From the NCBI GenBank assembly GCA_023213395.1, contig CM041465.1:175777741-175841740 (forward strand): 64,000 nucleotides of DNA. The letters are read 5' to 3'. Position numbers and translations under genes: made by a program. Shown here in pieces: positions 53,136 to 64,000 of this stretch. Positions within the stretch are counted from its first letter, which is position 1. Each line of letters starts with the position of its first letter. The notes below the pieces were generated by a model. That model saw only the letters and a list, made by a program, of their open reading frames with translations, was not told the origin of the DNA and did not search any database. Source of the DNA: Cycas panzhihuaensis (lineage: Eukaryota > Plantae > Cycadophyta).

Positions 53136-53327
53136 GTGGCGTCAGAAACGTCGTATGCAACGCCTTTGCAAGCATTGCTAAAAGAAAATGAAAAGAAGAA
53201 AATGATGTAAGCACGTTGGGGGTTACCCAATTGAAATACAAAATAGGAGGCTACCTAGAGGCAAGAACACCAATGAAAATAGGAAGCGAATCTAGCTCCC
53301 TTACCGCGGTCCTCAAAGATGGTCGCC

Positions 53328-55906
53328 TGGAAACGCCACTACGGGGTAGTGTCCCTACGTCTAGCAAAAGGATATGAGAGTATGCCATGCTTAACTAAGC
53401 TAAGGTAGCAAGGACCTCACCTCATAGGGCGTCCGTGCACCGGAGCGCAGATTCGGGACTGCAAGGTGCCTAGTTGCTTCCAGGTAGCCGTGCAAAGCAA
53501 GGCCTTCCTACCCTTCGGATGGCCAGGAAGGAGAGAGAATGCCTTGCACGTTGCGTCTTCTCAAGGCAATGAGAAGGCAACGGATGGAAGGGGAACTAAC
53601 TAAGGTACAAGCAAATACAGGAAAGGGTGCAATGAGGGCAGCTCAAATACGACGCGAGCAAGCTATCTACGCTATGCTACGCTAGATAAAGCAAGAAATA
53701 ATGTAAAAGATGAATGCACTTCCCCTTTTCCTTTATATTCTTTTACAATTTCCTAACTACTCAGGTAAATGCATGAAGGGTAACAAATGTAAAAGGGGAT
53801 ATGCGGGAAACGAGAGGAATACCTAGATCCAGCGCCTGAATGGAGGTGCAGCTCGTCTCCCTAAGTCCCACTCCTTTCTTCTCCGTTCGTCGTGCATGCA
53901 ATGCCGATCGATGGTAGTGGCCGGAAGTGATAGAAGAGGGGTTTACTTACCTCTCCTTAAGCACGCAAAAGCAAATAAAATGGAAAAAAATGAAAGCTTG
54001 AAATCAAAGAAAGAAATGCACTACGTAGGGAACTAACCTGCAACGGGTTCGTCCCACGTATCACTCCACCAATGCGCGGTCCTGCAAACGGGTGAGAAAA
54101 ACACCTTCCTCTCAGAAGAGAGGCCACGAGATATACCAAAATATATATATATATATACTGAAATCAAATGGAACTAAGATCTATGCTAAGCATCGAAATA
54201 TAACCAAATGAAATAGTAACATACAAGAAATGCTCTCACCACCATACACCACAAAGACACTCGAAAGGGAAAGGAGTATAGCCTCGGGATGGCTAACTCA
54301 CCCACAGAAGACCTCCACGGAACTCGGGGAAGAAAAACTAGTTGGCAACAAGGTAGTGAAGCAACAAACCGTAACAGGGAAAAGAATAACAGGAAAAACT
54401 GGGGCTTATGTAGGGCTCAACACCAACAGGGGAGACTTCTGGTAATGACATAGTGACGGGTTGCCTATGATAATCTGAACACCCTAACCAAATTCCCTAA
54501 ACTCCCTTAGCCCATTCCCTAAGAAAGCGCTGATGGCAAAGGGAAAGAGGACAAGGGACGGAACCCTTGGGGAGAAGGACAGTAATGGGAGACGGAACCC
54601 CGCATGTCTCCCTCAAATCCTCGTAAGTTACTCCTTTGCACTAGCTAACTAAGGAAGGGGTGAAAGAGATAGTTTAAGGAAAATAGAGAGGCTTCAAAGA
54701 AACAATGGGAAGGTATCACCAATCTAGTGCAACACTATGAGGAAAAATAGCTAACTAAGATCTCATTCATTAACAAACAAAAGAAATAGGAATAAAATGG
54801 ATTGCAAGTAGAGAACAAGAAGTACCTCGTAGGAAGAAGATCAAGCATGAACTTTGCTGCTAGGGAACAGCAACAATAACCAACATATGAGGACTGATCA
54901 TGAGTGGTTCTTGCAAGAGTGAGAATGAAGAAAACTCCTTGCAAGCTTAAAGCCTTAGAAGTTGGCTCTTTGGGAAGCTTTTGGGTCAAAATGTCACTTA
55001 GATCCTTGAGCACCTACAAAGAAAGATGGGGCTTACTGTGGAGAGTTGTAAGAGGCAGCAATGGCCCTGCAAGTCCAGCTTGTAGCAATCATTTTCTTCT
55101 TTGTCCAGTCGCTGTGTATGTAGATTGTCTTTTCTGTGTGTTTCCTTGTTGAAGAGTCAGAAATTCTTCCAAGAGATTTGAAAAATGGTAAAAAGATCTA
55201 AAAAAATGGGGAGCAAAATTGCCTTTATTCCCCTGTTCATAGCAGGTGAACGTTGGGGATGTCAGGGTGACTCGAATCAATCAATGCCACGCGACAGTTC
55301 CACAAAAAAATAGAGACTGTCACGTGGTTCTCTTTTTTTAAATTTCAAACAGTCGTACCACGACAAACTATGCGATCTGCAAAGAAGGCGTGGGTACCGC
55401 TAAGTTTACTGATGACGATCGAAACAAAAGAGAAAAATAAGCAGAAACATCAGGTTTTGGGGTAAAAACCAAGGCTAAACATAAGTTAGAGCAGCTGGGG
55501 GAACGTCCAGGCAATGGGCAGGTACCCAAAACAATGCAAAGAGTCCTAACTAAGGATTAAATCAGGCTTAGGAAGGACTACAACATAAGTAACACGTTGT
55601 AACGGGAGCAAACAGGGCTGACAAAAAACATCCCGGGAGACCGTGGAGACAACGTGGGTGGTTGTGCGCCATACGGGGTGTAGCATTCGCTGAGGAATGC
55701 CCCCGCTGTGAGTCATCATAGGCTGATGGTATGCCGTAAGCACATGCATTATGAACAAGTAGAAAAGCAATGTGTGCAGGCTGGCATATGTCAAGCAACC
55801 TACTCTAAATAACCTCAATCAAGCATGGGCGAGAAAAGGTAAGAAAGTATACCTAAACAAACCTGCGTCGATGTGTCTCGAGTCCATTCCCAGTAGCTGG
55901 GAAACA
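53328..55906 (-). repeat. 5' LTR of full-length Tat element
   Basis: Collinear with 39355-41961 (about 10 transitions and 1 indel in the first ~125 nt compared by eye); adjacent to PBS. Confidence 0.95.
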
Positions 55907-58900
55907 CATACCAAGTGATCTTTGAAATGGTCAATGGAGAGGAGGACCCATCTAATGTGTCAGTTATAGGGTTCTTTGAGGATGAAGTACCTTACGAAGG
56001 GGAGGGAGGCCCTTTCTCTTAATTGAAATTGGTGCATTTTGCTCCCATTGGTGTTGGGATCTACAATTATTTAGCTATCCTTAGTGGTAGGGAATCCAAT
56101 AATGGGTATAAGGAGCTATTGCGACAAGTTTCTTTCCTCAACATTACAAGGGGAGAGCCATGACAAATTAATACACCTCCTCCATTTGGCCTAAACCCCT
56201 ATACATCAGGGTTACCCTAAACACAAGCTCCCCTTGTCTCTACCAAGATGAGAGTCTCCCTAACTTAGGGCATGGTTGGCTTACCACTTATATTGAATCA
56301 TGTATAACAGGCACCTTGACTAAGTAGACCCTATCACTTTTAAGGATATAGTGAGAGGGAATCACTTCCTTCCTTTGATCTAAGCCACCTTTTAAGGGAT
56401 GATCCCTTAAGGGGACAAAAATAGATCAACTAACCATAGGTTGAATTCTCTTTTAGCCCCTCCCCATATACCACACACTATTAATTTGCTTAGGTATATT
56501 AGGAACCAACTAACCCAAGAGCACTCCTCTATGAGTGCTAACGAGTCTCTATTAGCTCATGATGATGATGAAGACTCAAATTCTATCTTCTCTCATGATC
56601 AGTTTATCATTTGTAACCCCAAACCCTCTCAGCTTTCTTCTATCTAAACTATAGAAAGGCCTATCATGAGGGTACATTCTAACATATTTGAAGAGTCCCT
56701 TACTATGTAGATTACTTGTTAGATTACTATTAGCCCATTGCATCTCCATGTGCTCCCTAAACTTCCCCAAGGAAGACTATCCATGGGATAGATTGGTTTG
56801 AGAATGATAAAGCCTTATTGGAATATCTAGTAGGGACATCACCTAATCTACCTTCTAGACACCATAAGCTCAACTTTTAGGAGTGTTTGGTTATTAACTC
56901 TCCATTAGCTAAGCCGAACAAAATAACCATTCCTCCTAATCTACCTACTGACCAATCCCCCCTTCACTTTGAGGTAGGGAATGTCTTATGCATAGGGGCA
57001 ACCAAGGATATCATCCTTGTCCTAGATAAGATCATTAAGATCAGGGAAGAATGTTTGCCTTAGGAGATTAAGGAGTACATTAAGTTATTCCATGAATTTT
57101 GCAACATGTTTGCATATGAATACTTTGACATGATGAGGATTGACCTTAATTTCACAACCCATAATCTTACAATGATTTCGAGTGCCCATCTTGTTAGGCA
57201 AAAGTAATGCCCATTTCACCCAAAGTTATCTACTGTAGTTAAAATAGAAGTGGAGAAGTTACATAGTATGAGCCTCATCACTTTAATTGACTACTAAAAA
57301 TGGGTGTCCAATATTGTCATGATCGCCAAAAAGAATAGGACTATAAGGATTTGTCTTGATTTTTAGGATATCAATAATGAATGTCCCAAAGACAACTTTC
57401 CATTGCTATATATTGAATAAATTATTTATCACACAATGGGTTTTGAAGTTATATCCTTAGTTGATGGATTTTTTGGATATAATTAAATTCAAATATCCCT
57501 CAAGAAGCACCACAAGCAGGGCTTCACTACTCTCTCGGGAACTTTTGCCTATAAGGTGATGGCCCTTAGCTTAAGGAACATTGGGGTAACTTAACAAAGG
57601 TCTATGTAGCTCATCTTTCATGACCTCATCAATAAAATTCTTGAGGTCTCTATGGATGATCTAATAGGCCTCTCTTGCAAGATGGCTAATCACCTTGTAG
57701 ACTTAAGGAATATATTTACTAGGTGTAACAAATGCTACATTAGTCTAAATATGATCAAGTGTATCTTTGCAGTAATAATTGGCAAGCTCTTAGGTTTCCT
57801 AGTATCCCAAGAAGGAATATAGGTTGACCCAGATAAGGTCAAGGCCATAGTTAAGATGCTACCACCTAAGACGTAGTGGCAAATCGAGTCATTTCTTGGG
57901 TGCCTAGGTTTCCTGAGGTGCTTTTTGGTAGATTTTAGTATGAATATAAAATCGCTAACTAATTTACTAAAAAAGGGGACTCTATTTGTGTGGATCCCTA
58001 AAACCTAAGAGGCCTTTCAAGAGATCAAGAGAGCTCTTATTTTTGCTCTTGTTTTCATTCCTACATTAGGATCCCATTATTTGATCGACACTTTATTCTT
58101 TACGCTTCGATGAATTTTGAGTCTTTGAGTATCATGTTGGCCTAGGAAGATGACTTGATGACCAAAAGAGCCATCTACTTTATAAGTTGCACCCTAGTAG
58201 CCATTGAACTAAACTATCCACTAGCAAAAAAGGAATGCCTAGCTTTAGTATTCACCATCAAGAATCTCTACCATTACATTCTTACTAATACGACATATGT
58301 TATAGTTCAATAAGACCTATTATATTATTTAATAATATGGTCTAATTTGATAGGGAGAATTAGCAAATATGCTATCCTTCTCCAAGAGTATGGCATTAAG
58401 GTTGTTAACTATAAACCAAAGAAGGGTATGGTTGTAATTGAACAACTAGTAGATACACCAATCTTTAATGTGGTAAATATCTTGGTTAATGATTTACTAC
58501 TTGACAAATCTATCCTAGCCTTTTAACAAGATAATACCCATCCATTGGCTAATAGCAAATAGCATGGCAACATAATCAACTATTTAATACAATAAAAATA
58601 TCCCTTAAATGCTAGAGAGAAAGTCAAGTTACACATAAGAACTTCAGATCGATGATACTTCCTTATAGAGGACGTATTATATAAGAGGTCATCTGATGGC
58701 ATTCTCCTCCATTATATCAACCTATAGGAGACTGATTAGGTCCTCTGTGAATTCCATAATAACATTTATGGAGGCCATTTTAGTGACTAATCCATGGCCC
58801 AATGAATATTATGCATGGGCTTCTACTAGTCAATGTTATTTAAAGATGCCCATACATATTCCTAACACTGTCACAAATGACAGGAGCATGCGAACATGAT

Positions 58901-60110
58901 ATACCAACCATTTGAAGTATTGCATGTGATAATGTTGCCATGATTATTATTCTAATGGGGTCTTGACCTCATTGGGGCCATAACTCTAGCTTTCTTAGCT
59001 TAGCATAAATTTATTCTGATAGCAACAAAGTATTTTACCAAAGGATTTGAGGCTATTCCTTTGTCCTCAATGACAAGAAAGACAATCACCACTTTTATCT
59101 TTTAACATATCATTTATTGATTCAAAGTCATAGATGTCCTCATTATCGATAATGGGATCCTATTTTATAATAAAGAGATGGATAAGCTTTGTGAGAGGTT
59201 CAAAATTTATCATAAAACCTCATCTCCCTATTACCCTCAGGCCAATAACTAGATCGAGGATTTTAATAAGACTTTGATCAATATCCTTAAGAAAATCATC
59301 ATACAATCCTAATGGGATTAAAATGTCCAACTTCACCTGGCCTTATGGGCCTACCATACGTCCATCAGGATGACTACAGGTATGGTGTCATTCTCCCTAG
59401 TTTATTGATTAGAGGTGATGCTACCTCTCAAAGTTGAAATCCCTTCTTTAAAGGTTTTACTTAAAGAATTCATAGACGAAGAGTGGTAGAGTTAAGCTTG
59501 TTAGCTTGATCTTGAAGCACTAGACAAGAAATACCTCATTGCATATCAAGCTAACTTGCCATTTAAGGCTAAATCTTAGAATATGCATGACAAACATTTG
59601 AGTCTACATCCTTTAGTCCTCGGGGACTAAGTCCTCAAACTAGAGTACCTATACGACCACCTTTCAAAATTTATCCCCAAATAGGTGGCTTCTTTCATGG
59701 TCTTTGAAACCTTAAATAATGACGCATACAATATTACTACATTGGAAGGCCTTCAATTTGAGAAAGTTGTTAATGGGCAATTTATTAAGAGGTTTCATAG
59801 TTGAGCTCTTGGCCCTCCAATTTAGAGGGGCATCCAAACATTACTCCAATACAAGCTTAAACTACCATGCTTCTCTTGTATGAGATTAAATTGCTAACCC
59901 CTACTCTAAAATGAGCCTAAACTATTCCCATCTATGAGGTTGGGCCTCCCCCTATAAGTGGGGTATGGTGTTAAGATACCCCTTCCCATTCCTTTCTATG
60001 CTTTGACATGAGCCTAAACTATCTCCACCTTCAATGCCATCACCTCATTAGAGGGCATCTCACCAAGGTCCATCTCTTACCATTCTTTGCTGGTGATGAA
60101 ATCAAACCTA
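55907..60110 (+). mobile_element. Old Tat-clade Ty3/gypsy (host), continuation: spacer-RT-RNase H-integrase and start of 3' region
   Basis: WVSNIVMIAKKNRTIRICLDF, CPKDNFPL, VSMDDL (RT); integrase *GLDLIG, TSSPYYPQAN, ending KRFHS* at 59804; many C>T stops. Confidence 0.88.
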
Positions 60111-60485
60111 TAATGGGGGTGTGGAACTTCTCCGTGAGTCTAAATTGATAAGTGATTGTATGAGGCCATTTCGTGTGGACAGTGTATATGTATTATATGT
60201 GTAAGCTACAACACCATACATGTGTGTGTGAGCTACAATCCCATGCACAAAAACTAATGATAGGTCAAAAATACATAAAAGTAAGCACATACATATACAA
60301 GAATGATGTAGTATAAAAGATATATCCATATAATGGGTATACAAGAGATACAAAAGTGTGGTGGGGTACCAATTAGTCCCCATAAATAAATAAATAAATA
60401 TATGTGTGTGTGTGTGTGTAGAGAGAGAGAGATACACACATACACACATATAAAAATATAATACAATGTGGATAGGGATACTACA

Positions 60486-63400
60486 TGTATCATTACAAAA
60501 TGTGGTAGAAAAATATATCTTATTACCATTCAAATCAAAGGCCTCTGAACAATGATTCCAACAGTTTAGATGAACATTAATTCTGACATCTATATCAAAA
60601 GTTATGACCATTTAAAGATAACCTGCCAGTTTTGGAGAAGTTTTGGCCGACTTCTATTTGAGCAGTATTAAGAAGAATATCACCCAGTCTGGTTGACTTC
60701 TAATTAAAGTATTTTGATCATTATAAATAGGAAGTTTGGGATGCATCCCAAACCATCATCGAAGGTTCTTTGGTCACACATTTTTGGTTTTAGGGCTGTA
60801 ATTAGCTCACCCATTTGGGGGCTGCAGTTTGGAGGGTTCCTCACCTCGAAGAGGGAAGCTCACTTCTTCAGAAAAGACTAGTATTTTGTTATAATTTCAC
60901 TCTATTTTGGTTTTATTTGACAATAAAGTTTATTATTTACTTTGGTGGATTCTGTAATTCTTATTCCCTATTTATTTTACTATTGAATAGCATCTAGTTA
61001 TTGTCTTTTGTGGATTATTACTTATATTCTGAGAAAAATTACTATAAAAGTAGAACTAGATCGCTACAAGTGGTATTAGAGCTTTGTTTCAAAGGTAAAG
61101 GGTAAAGAACACTTGGAACATATAAAGGCAGTTCTGTTCATTTTTGAGAAAGCGCAATTTTTCGCAAATAAGAAAAAGGGCTCTTTCGTAAAAAAGACAT
61201 TTGTAGTAAGTGGTCATATGTGATGGTTTTGACCAATAGAAAATATAGATTTTAATCCTTGAAGTACAACCTTTATTAAAAAGAAATGGAGACATATTTT
61301 TTTAATTTGGAGGATTATGAAGACATCAGAAAATGGATAAAAGACTTTGAATTCATGCCTGATACAAAGTTTGAAGAGTATGGATAATTATTAGAAATAA
61401 TATTAAACAGACAAGTTTATGAATGGTTCATTAATTGGGCTAAAGAACCTTTTCTATGGTACCAGTTTTCTAAGGCAGCTATTATAGCTTTTCAGAGGTA
61501 TAAGCAAGATAAAACTCAAGTAGAAGAGGAAGGACAAGAAGAAGAAATGATTAATGAGGAGATCCTAAGGACTTTACAAGAGCTTGAACAAGAACCATTG
61601 CAGAGGATATAACCTGACTTCATAGAAGACTTGAAAGAGGCACAAGCAATAGAAGAATTTCAAGATAATATCAAAGAAGAAATACAAAGTGAAGTTTCAT
61701 AGGAGTAGCATGAAGATAATGAAGAACAAGTAGACTTTTCTCTTATATGCCTTCTCTCTTTCCCTAGTTCAATAGACATACAAAAGTCCTCTTCTCGCCA
61801 ACCCATAGTTAGCCATGATCTTAATCCCCTTAATTTTTTCGTAGGACAAATCCCTATTTTTCTTCATAACCCTAGTTCATCTCTTTACTTACCTGCTCCT
61901 TCATCCCCTATAGACCATCCTCAACAGGGCACTCTACAACTTCAATTTATTTGTCAAGTTCTAACTTTTAGTATTACCCCTTACAAAACTGAGTCTAGGT
62001 TTTCCCAAACCCCTACAATTTCATACTATCACTATTGTTTTTTTTCGTTAAATATTTTCTTTTGTTTGAATACCAATCCTAAAAACCTATTAAAGCCTTT
62101 TTTTCATAAAGAACCTCTATCACTAATTCCTCATGCATCTTTCACTCCCAAAAGGTGTTCTGGTCCAATAAAACTTAGACAAACTTTCATCTCCATCCAA
62201 GACATATTCGAAAATTTATCCCTTCTTTCTATACCTTCCAAGTTATACTTGATCTCGATTCATTCCTCTTTTTATTTTTCCCACAATAGGCAATCATCAA
62301 TCCATGACCCTCACAACCAATTCTTTTCCCAAAGCCTTCACGTCTTTTTCCAAAATTTATCCCATTCAGAAATAAAAGATGCAAATGCAAGCCAAGACTA
62401 GGACAAGTCAATTGAGATCCCTCACTGGTCCCAGGATCCTTCTGATTCAAAATAAGACATCACATGTACTTGGTCCCAAGAACAAACATTAACAAATATA
62501 AGACGCCTACTAGCAAAGCTCCATAGAAGATGCAAGATCAAATCAAATCTTCATGACCTACAAGATATAGCAGGAGGTGGTTAGAAGATTAGACCGAGCT
62601 GCAAGTATTTCTCAATACTTCAAGGGCAAAGAATTATTTTAAGGGGAGGGGAATTGTAGCATTCCAAAATATGGTAAAAAAATATAGCTTAGTACCATTC
62701 AAATTGAAGGCTTCTAAACACTGATTCCAACAGTTTAGATGAAAGTTAATTCTGACATCTATATCAAAAGTTATGACCATTTAAAGATAACCTGCTAGTT
62801 TTGGAGAAGTTTTGGCCGACTTCTATTTGAGCAGTATTAAGAAGAATATCACCCAATCTGGCTGACTTCTAATTAAAGTATTTTGATCATTATAAATAAG
62901 AAGTTTGGGCTGCATCCCATACCATTGTCAGAGGTTTTTTGGTCGCACATTTTTGGTTCTAGGGCTGCAATTAGCTCGCCCATTTGGGGACTGTAGTTTG
63001 GAGGGTTCCTCACCTCGAAGATGGAAGCTCACTTCTTCAGTAAAGACTAGTATTTTGTTATAATTTCTCTCTATTTTGGTTTTATTTGATAATAAAGATT
63101 ATTATTTACTTTGGTGGATTCTATAATTGTTATTCCCTATTTATTTTACTATTGAATAGCATCTAGTTATTGTCTTTTGTGGATTATTACCTATATTCTG
63201 AGAAAAAATACTATAAAAGTAGAACTAGATCGCTACAAGTGGTATCAGAGCTTCGTTTTGAAGGTAAAGGGCAAAGAACACTTGGAACATATAAGGCAAT
63301 TCTGTTCATTCTTGAGAAAGCGTAATTGTTCGCAAATAAGAAAAAGGGCTCTTTCGTAAAAAAGACATTTGTAGTAAGTGGTCATATGTGATAGTTTTGA

Positions 63401-64000
63401 CTAATAGAAAATATAGATTTTAATCCTTGAAGTACAACCTTTATTGAAAAAAAATGGAGACATTTTCTTTTAATTTAAAGGATTATAATGACATCAGAAA
63501 ATGGATAAAAGACTTTGAATTCATGTCTGATACAGAGTTTGAAGAGTTTGGACAATTATTAGAAATTATATTGAATGGACAAGCTTATGAATGGTTCATT
63601 AATTGGGCTAAAGAACCTTTTATATGGTGCTGATTTTCTGAGGCGGCTATCATAGCTTTTCAGAGGCATAAGCAAGATAAAATTCAAGTAGAAAAGGAAG
63701 GACAGGAAGAAGAAATGATTAATGAGGAGATCCTAAGGATTTTACAAGAGCTTGAACAAGAACCATTGCAGAGGATACAACCTGACTTCATAGAAGACTT
63801 GAAAGAGGCACAAGCAATAGAAGAATTTCAAGATAATATTAAAGAAGAAATACAAAGTGAAGTTTCACAGGAACAGCACAAAGACAATGATGAACAAGTA
63901 AACATTTCTCTTATATGCCTTCTCTCTTTCCCTAGTTCAATAGACATACAAAAGTCCTCTTCTCACCAACCCATAGTTAGCCATGATCTTAATCCCCTTA
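60486..64000 (+). mobile_element. Tandem non-autonomous gypsy-derived LTR element: LTR-internal-LTR-internal (period 2169 bp), continuing past window end
   Basis: 583-bp LTRs at 60486-61068 and 62655-63237 (TGTAGC...GCTACA); iMet PBS after both (61071, 63240); PPT AAGGGGAGGGGAA at 62641; the internal region repeats from 63240; decayed gag-like, Glu-rich ORF from ~61286. Confidence 0.9.

Larger units (their letters stand above)
39355..55906 (-). mobile_element. Full-length Tat-clade Ty3/gypsy (16.55 kb): gag-PR-RT-RH-INT, antisense PMD gene, 3' additional RNase H
   Basis: Two ~2.6-kb LTRs; CATAC TSD at 39350-39354 and 55907-55911; PPT at 41962-41974; PBS-like GGCGACCATC... at 53327-53310; full set of pol domains. 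Confidence 0.96.

Noticed and set aside
60108-60611. 167-aa minus-strand ORF
   Set aside because: Runs through (GT)n/(GA)n/(CA)n microsatellites and into an LTR; low complexity, no domain.

Overview
This is AT-rich plant nuclear DNA, almost entirely nested and decaying mobile elements. A gymnosperm or other non-angiosperm host is likely, but that is inferred only from the TE and virus types. From left to right: a ~440-bp tandem duplication with a compound microsatellite; an internally deleted L1-type LINE; an old Tat-clade Ty3/gypsy interrupted by a non-autonomous copia-derived LTR element carrying host gene fragments (including an SR34/ASF-like RRM); a chromovirus INT/chromodomain remnant; a deleted copia; a CpG-rich island with a pseudogenised G-type lectin S-receptor kinase; a rearranged endogenous caulimovirid; a second old Tat into which a full-length 16.5-kb Tat (2.6-kb LTRs, CATAC TSD) inserted in reverse; and a tandem LTR-internal-LTR-internal array of a gypsy-derived element. 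The best lead is the 3' accessory cassette of the full-length Tat. It holds a three-exon antisense Plant Mobile Domain (MAIN/MAIL-like) gene with its own TATA box, placed head-to-head with a stand-alone, still-open archaeal-type RNase H ORF. No intact host gene was found. All calls come from manual reading with no database searches; boundaries of old elements are approximate.
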